In this document: positions 1 to 7,597 of the stretch, piece after piece
Layout: each line of letters begins with the position of its first letter
Numbering within the stretch: position 1 is the first letter of the stretch
Assembly (NCBI GenBank): GCA_045613985.1
Contig: JAZLCA010000054.1
Coordinates: 12,697 to 76,696, forward strand
DNA length: 64,000 bases
Reading direction: 5' to 3'
Origin: Eubacteriales bacterium
GTDB lineage: Bacteria > Bacillota > Clostridia > Oscillospirales > CAG-272
Translations under genes and position numbers: made by a program
The notes under the pieces: model-generated
Told to the model about the DNA's origin: nothing
What the model saw: only the letters and a program-made list of their open reading frames with translations
Database searches by the model: none

Positions 1-529
1 AAAAGTCGGAGACACCGACGCTGACGTCATCATTGACAACGGCTATACCAGTCCCGCAGAATTGCAGGCAAACGTCGCCGCAGGTAACGTCACGTTAGCA
101 GTACTTCCCGAGCCTCTGGTGACCATCGTAAAAAGCTCCAACGCTGACGTCAAGGTAGCCATGGATCTGACCGCAGAATGGAACAAGGTATCTCCCGAAA
201 ACTCGCTTGTACAAGGCTGTATCGTCGTCCGTCGCGAATTTGCTGAACAGCATCCTGCCGAAGTTGCCGCCTTTTTGAAAGAATACGAAGCCTCGGTCAA
301 CTTCCTTATGAACAACGTTAACGAGGCTGCAGAAATGGTAGCCGCCCAGGGTATTTTTGCCAAGGCAGCCATCGCCGCCAAGGCCATTCCCAACTGCAAT
401 ATTTGTTACATGACGGGCGAAGAAATGAAAACCGCCATGTCGAACTTCTTGTCTATCATGTTGCAGGTTCAGGCAACCTCCATTGGTGGCAAATTGCCCG
501 GTGACGATTTTTATTACGGTATAAAATGA
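1..529 (+). CDS. ABC transporter substrate-binding protein, C-terminal part (5' end outside window; NMT1/THI5-like, NitT/TauT type)
   Basis: The frame is open from the window edge to the stop at 529. The stop overlaps the permease start (ATGA at 526-529). The sequence resembles sulfonate/nitrate/taurine-type binding proteins. The family call is by recognition only. Confidence 0.6.
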   Translation, partial: KVGDTDADVIIDNGYTSPAELQANVAAGNVTLAVLPEPLVTIVKSSNADVKVAMDLTAEWNKVSPENSLVQGCIVVRREFAEQHPAEVAAFLKEYEASVNFLMNNVNEAAEMVAAQGIFAKAAIAAKAIPNCNICYMTGEEMKTAMSNFLSIMLQVQATSIGGKLPGDDFYYGIK

Positions 530-1338
530 AACCGAACTCACTTTACCGTCGTGTGTTCCATACCGGTGTCGGCAAAGCCGTGGCAATCGTTTGCTCCGTT
601 GTGCTTTGGATTTCGATCTGGCATCTTGCCTCCGTCCGCTTAGGAAAGCCCTTGCTTTTGCCGACACCCTTATCCGTAGCAAACCGTCTGGGTGAGCTGA
701 TGGGGACCGGCCCATTTTGGCGATATACCCTTCACTCACTATTTCGCGTGTTGGGTGGCATCGTCTCGGGCGTCATGGGAGCTTTGATCGTATCCGCCTT
801 GACTGCCGCCAGCCGTCCCGCCGAGATATTGCTCACGCCCGTCATTACCGTCATCAAAAGCACGCCCGTGGCCTCCTTTATCATTTTGGCTATGTTGTGG
901 ATCGCTGATGATAAATTGCCCACGTTTATTTCATTTTTGATGGTCTTTCCGGTCGTATGGGCCAATTTGCATACGGCACTGAGATCCATTCCCGCGCCGT
1001 ATCACGATCTGGCTAAAATATACCGTTTACCGCTCCCGAGACGCATCCGCCGTATTTATGCCCCGAGCGCACTTCCCTATTTTCTGTCAGCCTGCCGCTC
1101 CTCGCTCGGTCTTGCTTGGAAAGCGGGCATCGCCGCCGAAGTGTTGGCTCTTCCAGCGCTTTCCATCGGAAAGCAACTCAATGAATCCAAACTCTACTTG
1201 GAAACAACCGATCTGTTCGCCTGGACTATTGTCGTCATCTTTTTAAGTCTCTTCTTGGAAATGATTGCAAAATATGCCTTCCGTCGCTTACAAAAATCGA
1301 CCGATGAGGCAACCAACGCACGGGAGGTACAAATATGA
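526..1338 (+). CDS. ABC transporter permease (NitT/TauT family)
   Basis: A 270-aa ORF with multiple hydrophobic helices and an EAA-like loop region (SSLGLAWKAGIAAEVLA). It is translationally coupled to both neighbours through ATGA overlaps. Confidence 0.85.
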   Translation: MKPNSLYRRVFHTGVGKAVAIVCSVVLWISIWHLASVRLGKPLLLPTPLSVANRLGELMGTGPFWRYTLHSLFRVLGGIVSGVMGALIVSALTAASRPAEILLTPVITVIKSTPVASFIILAMLWIADDKLPTFISFLMVFPVVWANLHTALRSIPAPYHDLAKIYRLPLPRRIRRIYAPSALPYFLSACRSSLGLAWKAGIAAEVLALPALSIGKQLNESKLYLETTDLFAWTIVVIFLSLFLEMIAKYAFRRLQKSTDEATNAREVQI

Positions 1339-1940
1339 TACAACTGCAAAACGTGTCACTTACCTACCCCAACGGCAAAACCGTCAAAACCGTGTTTGAC
1401 GATCTTTCGCTTGAAATTCCCAGTGGCAAGACCACCGTCATCATGGGACCGTCGGGCTGCGGCAAAACCACGCTGCTACGCCTGATGTCCGGTCTGATCT
1501 CTCCAGCTTCGGGAAATGTTACGTGTGAAACGAAGGATATTTCCTATCTGTTTCAGGACACTGCTCTGCTCCCTTGGCTGACGGCAGCCGAGAACGTCAA
1601 TCTGGTTTTGTCGGACACCGCAAAAACGCTTCCTACGGCCAAAGAATGGCTTGCGCGCGTGGGCTTAGCCGATGAGGCTGACACCTATCCCGCCTCTCTT
1701 TCGGGCGGTATGCGCCAGCGTGTGGCCCTGGCACGCGCGCTCTCAACGGATGCCGAGCTGTTGCTGTTGGACGAGCCTTTTCGTGGGTTGGACGAGCAAC
1801 TGCATACCGGGATGCGCGATCTGATTCATGGGTGCCGCCAAGGAAAAACGACGGTGATCGTGACGCACGACGCGCAGGATGCAGCAATCGGAGATTGCCG
1901 CATCGTCTTTGACGAAAACAGAAAAATCACAGCAGAATAA
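1335..1940 (+). CDS. ABC transporter ATP-binding protein
   Basis: Walker A GPSGCGKTT, signature LSGGMRQRV, Walker B LLLLDEP and H-loop VTHD are all present. Confidence 0.9.
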   Translation: MIQLQNVSLTYPNGKTVKTVFDDLSLEIPSGKTTVIMGPSGCGKTTLLRLMSGLISPASGNVTCETKDISYLFQDTALLPWLTAAENVNLVLSDTAKTLPTAKEWLARVGLADEADTYPASLSGGMRQRVALARALSTDAELLLLDEPFRGLDEQLHTGMRDLIHGCRQGKTTVIVTHDAQDAAIGDCRIVFDENRKITAE

Positions 1941-1947
1941 ATGAACC

Positions 1948-1974
1948 GCCGAGAGCGAAAATATGCTCTCGGCG
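1948..1974 (+). repeat. 27-bp direct repeat, copy 1 (also a terminator hairpin: stem gccgagagc/gctctcggc, 8-nt loop)
   Basis: The exact string gccgagagcgaaaatatgctctcggcg lies 8 nt after the ABC ATPase stop and is followed by gtgtttctt. Confidence 0.9.
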
Positions 1975-1981
1975 GTGTTTC

Positions 1982-3646
1982 TTATGAATTTTTAAGTATA
2001 ATTGTTGTCAAAGCTTTTTTCTGTTCTTCTGTGGGAGGCGTTAACTTACCATTGTTCAGGAGAGTAACAATGCAGTGAAGCAAAAACCATCCGTCAGCGT
2101 GGAAAACAAACTGCAGTTCATATGCCTTTGCTTTGCGAAGATGGGTAGGTACAGAGTTCAAGACCGCCTCAACATAAGGAGCCTTTATATCTTCAAATAA
2201 ATTCTTGTATTTTTCCTTGATCTTTTCGCCTATTTCAAGAAGCTTTGTTTGAATTTCTTTGTTTCTCAAAACGATGGCCTGCCATGCTGTTTTGAAGTGT
2301 CCGTCATAATCTCCCCAGGTTTTGATATATCCGCGTTCGGAAAGCCATGCGTAATCCTCCTTCGAAAGAAGATTTTCTTCCTCGTGCTCATACAGCGAGA
2401 GAACACGCTCTGCAACTTCATGTTCATATTGATTTACTCCGATGCGACGCCCCGACCACTCGGTATCGACCTTCCAAAGCATATGATCTACATTAGTGTC
2501 ATAATACGGTCCACACCAATCTCTCATGTAAACATAATCGTCCGGTAATTTCAAATCATCCGGCACAACCGCAGCGTGGGCAATATTATGCGCTCCGTCG
2601 GGGCGAATGGTAGCAACTTCTTCAAAGGTGATTGTACTATCCATCAGTTTTTCACCCGACATTGCGGCTATATACGGTATGAGCGACCACAAAAGGAAGT
2701 TTTTATCTCTCAAGGGATTTTCTTTTGTGGAACCTTGAAGCATTTTATTGCAGAAAATATTTTCATCGTCCAAAACACCACTGCTCATTAGTTCCTCGTA
2801 CAGCTCATTTGCAAATAATCCAGCCGCTTTTTTATACATTGCGTCCTGCATAGTCAAAAGCTCGGCTGTCGGCTCACTTATGATAAAATTAACGATATAC
2901 TTATCCACGTTTTGCTTCAGAAAACCGTATTCCTCCAAAAAGTCTACTTCGGTTTCCACATATACAGGTGAAACACCAAGGGCATCAGCAATCTCACTGA
3001 CGGTTTTCGCTTCGTTACGCACGCAATAACAAATGTTCTGCGCCAAAGCGGAACGGAAAAATTCGTCAACCGATTTCGATCCGATAGAGCCGTCAATACC
3101 GTATGTATGAAATTTAATAGGATTGAATTTCAACTCACTTGTTTTTCTCATAATATCCATACCTTTCTTCAATTCTTTTTTAGCTTCAAACAAGTGCCAT
3201 TTAACAGTGCCTAGAGGAATATCCAGCTCGTTTGCAATATCGGCTTGCTTACGGTTTTCAAAATAGTATGCAATCACGATTTTGCGTTGGAGCTTTGATA
3301 GATATGCGATTTCGCTCTGCAATCTACGGATAGCATCGGCGTTGTCGTCGTCATCAAAAATAGAGTCGGGATCGGCAATGATCTCTGCTACCTCATCAAT
3401 AGATACACCAATGACGCTTTTGGCTGAATTTCGGTAATAATTGCTGAGCGTATTATGTGCAATCGTCCAAATAAATTTGCTAACATCCCCGATATCGTCT
3501 TTGATCAAAAGTGCGCGGAACGCCTTTAATACGATATCCTGCGATAGATCCTCCGCATCCTGCTCGTTTTTGCACCGTTTCAGCGCAAAACCGAATATGG
3601 GCTTTAGATATTCAGTTATAATTTTTTCGGCATCTTGTCTTGTCAC
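1982..3646 (-). CDS. Sigma-70 family (ECF-like) RNA polymerase sigma factor with a ~385-aa C-terminal extension
   Basis: The N-terminal ~165 aa carry region 2 (DLSQDIVLKAF, WTIAHNTLSNYYR) and region 4 (RKIVIAYYFENRKQADIANELDIPLGTVKWHLFEAKKEL). The ORF continues to 554 aa. The gene is AT-rich compared with its neighbours. Confidence 0.8.
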   Translation of the reverse strand: MTRQDAEKIITEYLKPIFGFALKRCKNEQDAEDLSQDIVLKAFRALLIKDDIGDVSKFIWTIAHNTLSNYYRNSAKSVIGVSIDEVAEIIADPDSIFDDDDNADAIRRLQSEIAYLSKLQRKIVIAYYFENRKQADIANELDIPLGTVKWHLFEAKKELKKGMDIMRKTSELKFNPIKFHTYGIDGSIGSKSVDEFFRSALAQNICYCVRNEAKTVSEIADALGVSPVYVETEVDFLEEYGFLKQNVDKYIVNFIISEPTAELLTMQDAMYKKAAGLFANELYEELMSSGVLDDENIFCNKMLQGSTKENPLRDKNFLLWSLIPYIAAMSGEKLMDSTITFEEVATIRPDGAHNIAHAAVVPDDLKLPDDYVYMRDWCGPYYDTNVDHMLWKVDTEWSGRRIGVNQYEHEVAERVLSLYEHEEENLLSKEDYAWLSERGYIKTWGDYDGHFKTAWQAIVLRNKEIQTKLLEIGEKIKEKYKNLFEDIKAPYVEAVLNSVPTHLRKAKAYELQFVFHADGWFLLHCIVTLLNNGKLTPPTEEQKKALTTIILKNS

Positions 3647-3758
3647 TTGTTTGTACCTCGTTGAAAGCTTTCACCCATATAGACACGGTTTTTGAAAAAG
3701 GTTGGAACTTTTCTAAATTATTATATCATAAATTTGTGAATTAATCTATAATAAAAGT

Positions 3759-3785
3759 GCCGAGAGCGAAAATATGCTCTCGGCG
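3759..3785 (+). repeat. 27-bp direct repeat, copy 2 (terminator hairpin downstream of sigG on the minus strand)
   Basis: The same 27-mer as at 1948-1974. Read on the minus strand it follows the sigG stop (3791) and is followed by a T-rich run (cttttatt). Confidence 0.9.
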
Positions 3786-3790
3786 CTATT

Positions 3791-4570
3791 TTACATTCTC
3801 TTTTTCATATGCTCCAAGGCGCCCTTCTCAAGTCTTGACACCTGGGCCTGCGAGATGCCGATCTCCTCGGCGATCTCCATTTGAGTCTTATTCTGGTAAA
3901 AGCGCTTCATGATAATGTTACGCTCGCGTTCGCTCAAGGATTGTAGCGCGTCACGCAGCAAAATGTTCTCAAGCCACGCTTCATCCGAGCTGTCGGCACT
4001 GCTATCGCGCAGCTGATCCATCACGTAAACAGAATCGCCGCCTTCCGTGTACACGGGCTCATACAGCGAGATCGGCTCCACGATCGCCTCCATGGCACGT
4101 AATACTGCCTCTTTCTTTTCCCCAAGTATCGATGCCAAGTGTTCCAAATCCGGCTCGCTTTCTTTTTCTCTTATCCATTCTTCCCTTGCCTGTAACGCAC
4201 GATATGCCAGGTCCCGCACCGAGCGGCTGATACGAATGGTATTGTTGTCCCGTAGATACCGCCGAATTTCGCCAATGATCATCGGAACAGCATACGTGCT
4301 GAATTTAACATCAAGATCAACGTTGAAATTATCCACCGCTTTGACGAGTCCAATGCACCCGACCTGAAACAGATCGTCCATGTTCTCTTTACGATTGGTA
4401 AATCGCTGAATAATACTGAGAACCAATCGCAAATTCCCACAGATCAACTCGCTTCTCGCTTCACGGTCGCCGTCTTTCGTACGCAACAAAAGCGCCCTTT
4501 TTTCCGCATCGTTTAACACACGCAACTCCGACGTGTTAACGCCGCATATTTCAACTTTGTTATAATACAT
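3791..4570 (-). CDS. sigG: Sporulation (forespore) sigma factor SigG
   Basis: NKVEICGVNTSEL, GNLRLVLSIIQRF, DLFQVGCIGLVKAVDNF, KFSTYAVPMIIGEIRRYLRD and ISQAQVSRLEK match the canonical SigG pattern. I moved the start to ATG 4570 (MYYNKVEICG), which has a GAAGGGG RBS. The ORF-track start at 4606 has none. Confidence 0.85.
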   Translation of the reverse strand: MYYNKVEICGVNTSELRVLNDAEKRALLLRTKDGDREARSELICGNLRLVLSIIQRFTNRKENMDDLFQVGCIGLVKAVDNFNVDLDVKFSTYAVPMIIGEIRRYLRDNNTIRISRSVRDLAYRALQAREEWIREKESEPDLEHLASILGEKKEAVLRAMEAIVEPISLYEPVYTEGGDSVYVMDQLRDSSADSSDEAWLENILLRDALQSLSERERNIIMKRFYQNKTQMEIAEEIGISQAQVSRLEKGALEHMKKRM

Positions 4571-4680
4571 ACAATACCCCTTCTGACGAGGAGATACGTT
4601 TGCCATTTCCCGTCAAAAAAGAGTATTGTCGGACAAAGCCGCCCTTTATTCAAGGACGGCTTTGCCTGTTTTTGGATGAA

Positions 4681-6024
4681 TTAAAATTTCGTATCGATCT
4701 CGTATTGGCCCTGGTCTCCCGAGCGGATGGACGTATGATAAAAGGCTCTTGCTGCATTGATCATGTGCAAAATATCCTCCACCCCTGCCGTTTCATAGGC
4801 CGAGTGCATCGCCAACTGAGCGAGGCCGATATCCAACGTCAACATGGGAATCTGAGATACCACGATATTGCCCAGCGTTGAGCCACCACGGATATCCGAG
4901 CGGTTCAGGTAGGTCTGAGTTGGGACATCGGCACGCTTGCAGACTGTACTGAAAATAGCACCGCTGATAGCATCCGTCGCGTAACGCTGCTCCGATTGAT
5001 GCTTGATGACAATACCCTCGTTCATGTGAGGTGCATTCTGGGCATCCGCATATTCCGGATGGTTGGGATGCTGGGCATGGGCATTATCTGCCGACAAAAT
5101 ACAACTGTTTGCAAAACGGCAATACAGGCCTTGTGTACCGACGTCTGTTACACCGATGGCCTCATCCACGCGGGAAAGAACATCGCCCAAGAACGAAGAC
5201 GCCGCACCCTGGCGGGAACTGCTTCCGATCTCTTCGTTATCAAACACGGCCAGCACGGGTACGACATTCGGATGGGCGCCCGCAACAAAGCCCTTCAGCG
5301 CACCAAAAGCGCACATCAGATCGTCCAAGCGAGGAGCCGAAATGAACTCCTCCTGCAATCCCCACAGTTTCCCTTCATCGCGGACGTACAAAAACAGGTC
5401 GTGACCGATGATCGATTCTTTATCACAGCCGAGCTTATCCGCAATCAGATCAAGCAAATGCGTTTCTCCGGCGGCAGAACCGACAAGCGGAAGCATATCC
5501 ACCTGCATATTGTATTTTTTGCCATCATTGGCCGTACGGTCCATGTGGATCGCCACATTGGGAATCAAAGCGATGTCCTGATCCAGATGCACGGGCACGG
5601 AGCGAATACCATTCTCGTCGGCTATCACGGCACGGCCGGCAACAGACAGAGGGCGATCCATCCAAGAAGAGCAGATCATACCGCCATAACGCTCGACGTT
5701 CCATTTGGCGCATTTCGCGGAGGATTGTTCAAAGTCTGCTTTAAGCTTGAAACAAGGGGAATCTCCGTGCGCCGCGATGACCTGATAGCCGGTTGCTTGT
5801 TCCAGATCCGAAGGCATTGCGAACGCAATGAGCGAAGACTGGTTGCGATTGACATAATATTTACCGCCGGCGACAAGATTCCAGCTTGTTCCCTCTTCCA
5901 GCTTGACAAATCCGTTTTCAGCAAGAATCCCCTCCAGCGTTGCAGTGGTTTGATAAGCCGTGGGACATCTCTTGATAAAATCGAACAGTTCATAAGCAAT
6001 TTGTTTGGTTTGTTGTGTATTCAT
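4681..6024 (-). CDS. M18 family aminopeptidase
   Basis: A 447-aa ORF with AHGDSPCFKLK, the FDNEEIGS acidic metal-ligand block and a C-terminal HSAYE motif. All are typical of M18 aspartyl/leucyl aminopeptidases. Confidence 0.85.
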   Translation of the reverse strand: MNTQQTKQIAYELFDFIKRCPTAYQTTATLEGILAENGFVKLEEGTSWNLVAGGKYYVNRNQSSLIAFAMPSDLEQATGYQVIAAHGDSPCFKLKADFEQSSAKCAKWNVERYGGMICSSWMDRPLSVAGRAVIADENGIRSVPVHLDQDIALIPNVAIHMDRTANDGKKYNMQVDMLPLVGSAAGETHLLDLIADKLGCDKESIIGHDLFLYVRDEGKLWGLQEEFISAPRLDDLMCAFGALKGFVAGAHPNVVPVLAVFDNEEIGSSSRQGAASSFLGDVLSRVDEAIGVTDVGTQGLYCRFANSCILSADNAHAQHPNHPEYADAQNAPHMNEGIVIKHQSEQRYATDAISGAIFSTVCKRADVPTQTYLNRSDIRGGSTLGNIVVSQIPMLTLDIGLAQLAMHSAYETAGVEDILHMINAARAFYHTSIRSGDQGQYEIDTKF

Positions 6025-6067
6025 TATAATATTTCCCTTTCGTTTTTATTTCCGTGGAAATTATTTT

Positions 6068-6673
6068 TCAGTAATTTAATCGTTTTTTCCGCTCTTTCCA
6101 ATCGAGCATCAGTGCCGTCATCAAAGCGTGATATGCCGGCGAATGATCGGGCTGGAGAAAATGAGCAAACTCGTGCATCACTACGTATTCGATGCACTCC
6201 CGCGGTTGATCGAGCAAGTATAAATTGAAATTAAGCGTTCCTTTTTTGAAATTACAGCTTCCCCATCGAGTTTTCATGGGGCGAATACGGATCGCCGTGG
6301 GAGAGGTGATAAACCGACGTTGCTCCTCCGTCAAGGACAGAGCGAGAAAACGAGGCAAGATCAAATCTCTGTGGCATTCGTGAATAATTGCCAACAGCCG
6401 TTCTTGTTTTGCCGCCTGTTCCGTCGGAAGACTTTCCTCTACGGGTACCGTCGGAAGATCGCGATTTCGACGGACCGCTTGCGCAATTTTTTCGCCGTAG
6501 CGAGCGAGAAAAGCGTCGATCCGACATTGCGGTGTTAGGCGAGGTACGGACAGCCGTATGCTTCCGTCGGCACGCACACGCAAATTCATACGCTTAACAC
6601 CGCCGATGTATAATTCATATGGATAGTCCATATTTCCGTAGCGGAAATACTTCAGCTTACATTTCTGCTTCAT
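6068..6673 (-). CDS. YgjP-like (DUF45 / M48-related) metal-dependent hydrolase
   Basis: A HExxH motif sits in a VVMHEFAHFLQPDHS context, and RWGSC precedes it, as in the YgjP family. Confidence 0.75.
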   Translation of the reverse strand: MKQKCKLKYFRYGNMDYPYELYIGGVKRMNLRVRADGSIRLSVPRLTPQCRIDAFLARYGEKIAQAVRRNRDLPTVPVEESLPTEQAAKQERLLAIIHECHRDLILPRFLALSLTEEQRRFITSPTAIRIRPMKTRWGSCNFKKGTLNFNLYLLDQPRECIEYVVMHEFAHFLQPDHSPAYHALMTALMLDWKERKKRLNY

Positions 6674-6675
6674 GC

Positions 6676-7128
6676 TTACTTTCTTGCATCAACACTGCGT
6701 AATCTGCAATCCAGTTCATACAACGCAGTTTTATTGGAATCCCATCGAAGCAGTTCGCTCGCTTGACCATAGGTCAGCCAAGCGTATTTTTTATGCTCAT
6801 GCGAAAGCGTTATTTCTTGCTGACATTCAAATGCGAAGGAATACTCCGGAATAACATACATATCTTCATCCCAATGTTGCCGATGAATTTGAGAAAAACA
6901 AGTATTTGGAACAAAGGCGGTATTTTTTAATGCGTATATATTCTCCGAATGAACACCGATCTCCTCGAAGATCTCCCTTCGGGCAGCCTCGAACGGCGTT
7001 TCTTTATCCTCACCACCGCCTGCAACAAACTGCCACTGGTCGTAATCAGCGCGGTGAAATACACAGTACAGCGGCGTTCCATCCACTATTTTGTACGGCA
7101 GAACTAAAATTTGAAATGGTGCGCGCAT
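6676..7128 (-). CDS. NUDIX hydrolase
   Basis: The Nudix box GGGEDKETPFEAARREIFEEIG is present. The ORF is 150 aa. Confidence 0.8.
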   Translation of the reverse strand: MRAPFQILVLPYKIVDGTPLYCVFHRADYDQWQFVAGGGEDKETPFEAARREIFEEIGVHSENIYALKNTAFVPNTCFSQIHRQHWDEDMYVIPEYSFAFECQQEITLSHEHKKYAWLTYGQASELLRWDSNKTALYELDCRLRSVDARK

Positions 7129-7227
7129 ACAACATCCTCCTGTGCAAGATTTGCTATATTATACCACACCCGCTCCCCCTTTGTAAACCCTTTCCTATCC
7201 ACTTGTCGAAATATTTTTCCAAAAGGC

Positions 7228-7256
7228 TTGACAATCCTATCCTTTTCGGATATAAT
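7228..7256 (+). promoter_or_regulatory. Sigma-A type promoter of the valS leader (TTGACA-17-TATAAT)
   Basis: ttgaca at 7228-7233, tataat at 7251-7256, with a 17-nt spacer. Confidence 0.7.
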
Positions 7257-7262
7257 AACGGT

Positions 7263-7541
7263 GTATATAAACGTTGCCAAAAGCATTGATGAGGAAGAGT
7301 ACGAAAGTTTGTTCGGCCAAGAGAGCGGACGGTTGGTGTGAGTTCGCGCGAGCATTTTTCGGAAGGTCGCCCCTGAGCTGTCCGTGCCAACCGCTGTGTG
7401 CGCAGTAGTGCGGATCGGCTGCCCGCCGTTATCGGGTTAGAAGTCGTTGTCGGCTTCTTGTGAGTGCGCACTCTTGGAGTGTGAAATCAGGTGGTACCGC
7501 GTCCATCGTCCTGATATTTCGGGATGGTGGATTTTTTGTTT
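7263..7541 (+). promoter_or_regulatory. T-box leader (Val specifier) controlling valS
   Basis: AGAGA and GGTTGGTGTGA stem-I elements are present. A GAA-G-GUC-G specifier loop has GUC at 7366-7368. The T-box sequence aaatcaggtggtaccgcg lies at 7484-7501. A terminator hairpin ending in ggattttttgtttt follows. Confidence 0.85.
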
Positions 7542-7597
7542 TCATCGAGTCGGAGCAACGTTTTAATTTATCCAATCATAGTATACGGAGGACTATC

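Noticed and set aside
1948-3785. The possibility that the repeat-flanked insert is an insertion sequence or integrative element.
   Set aside because: There is no transposase, integrase or recombinase ORF and no terminal inverted repeats. The flanking repeat is a 27-bp hairpin rather than a short target-site duplication. I kept it as an unexplained insertion under findings, not as a mobile_element feature.
4634-4664. A hairpin caaagccgcc...ggacggctttg between the aminopeptidase gene and sigG, considered as the aminopeptidase terminator.
   Set aside because: The T-run follows the hairpin on the plus strand (cctgttttt), whereas the gene it would terminate is on the minus strand. The orientation is ambiguous, so I did not list it as a terminator feature.
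7460-7597. The N-terminal 46-codon extension of valS given in the ORF track.
   Set aside because: It would translate through the T-box sequence and its terminator. ATG 7598 has a GGAGGA RBS and begins the conserved ValRS N-terminus.
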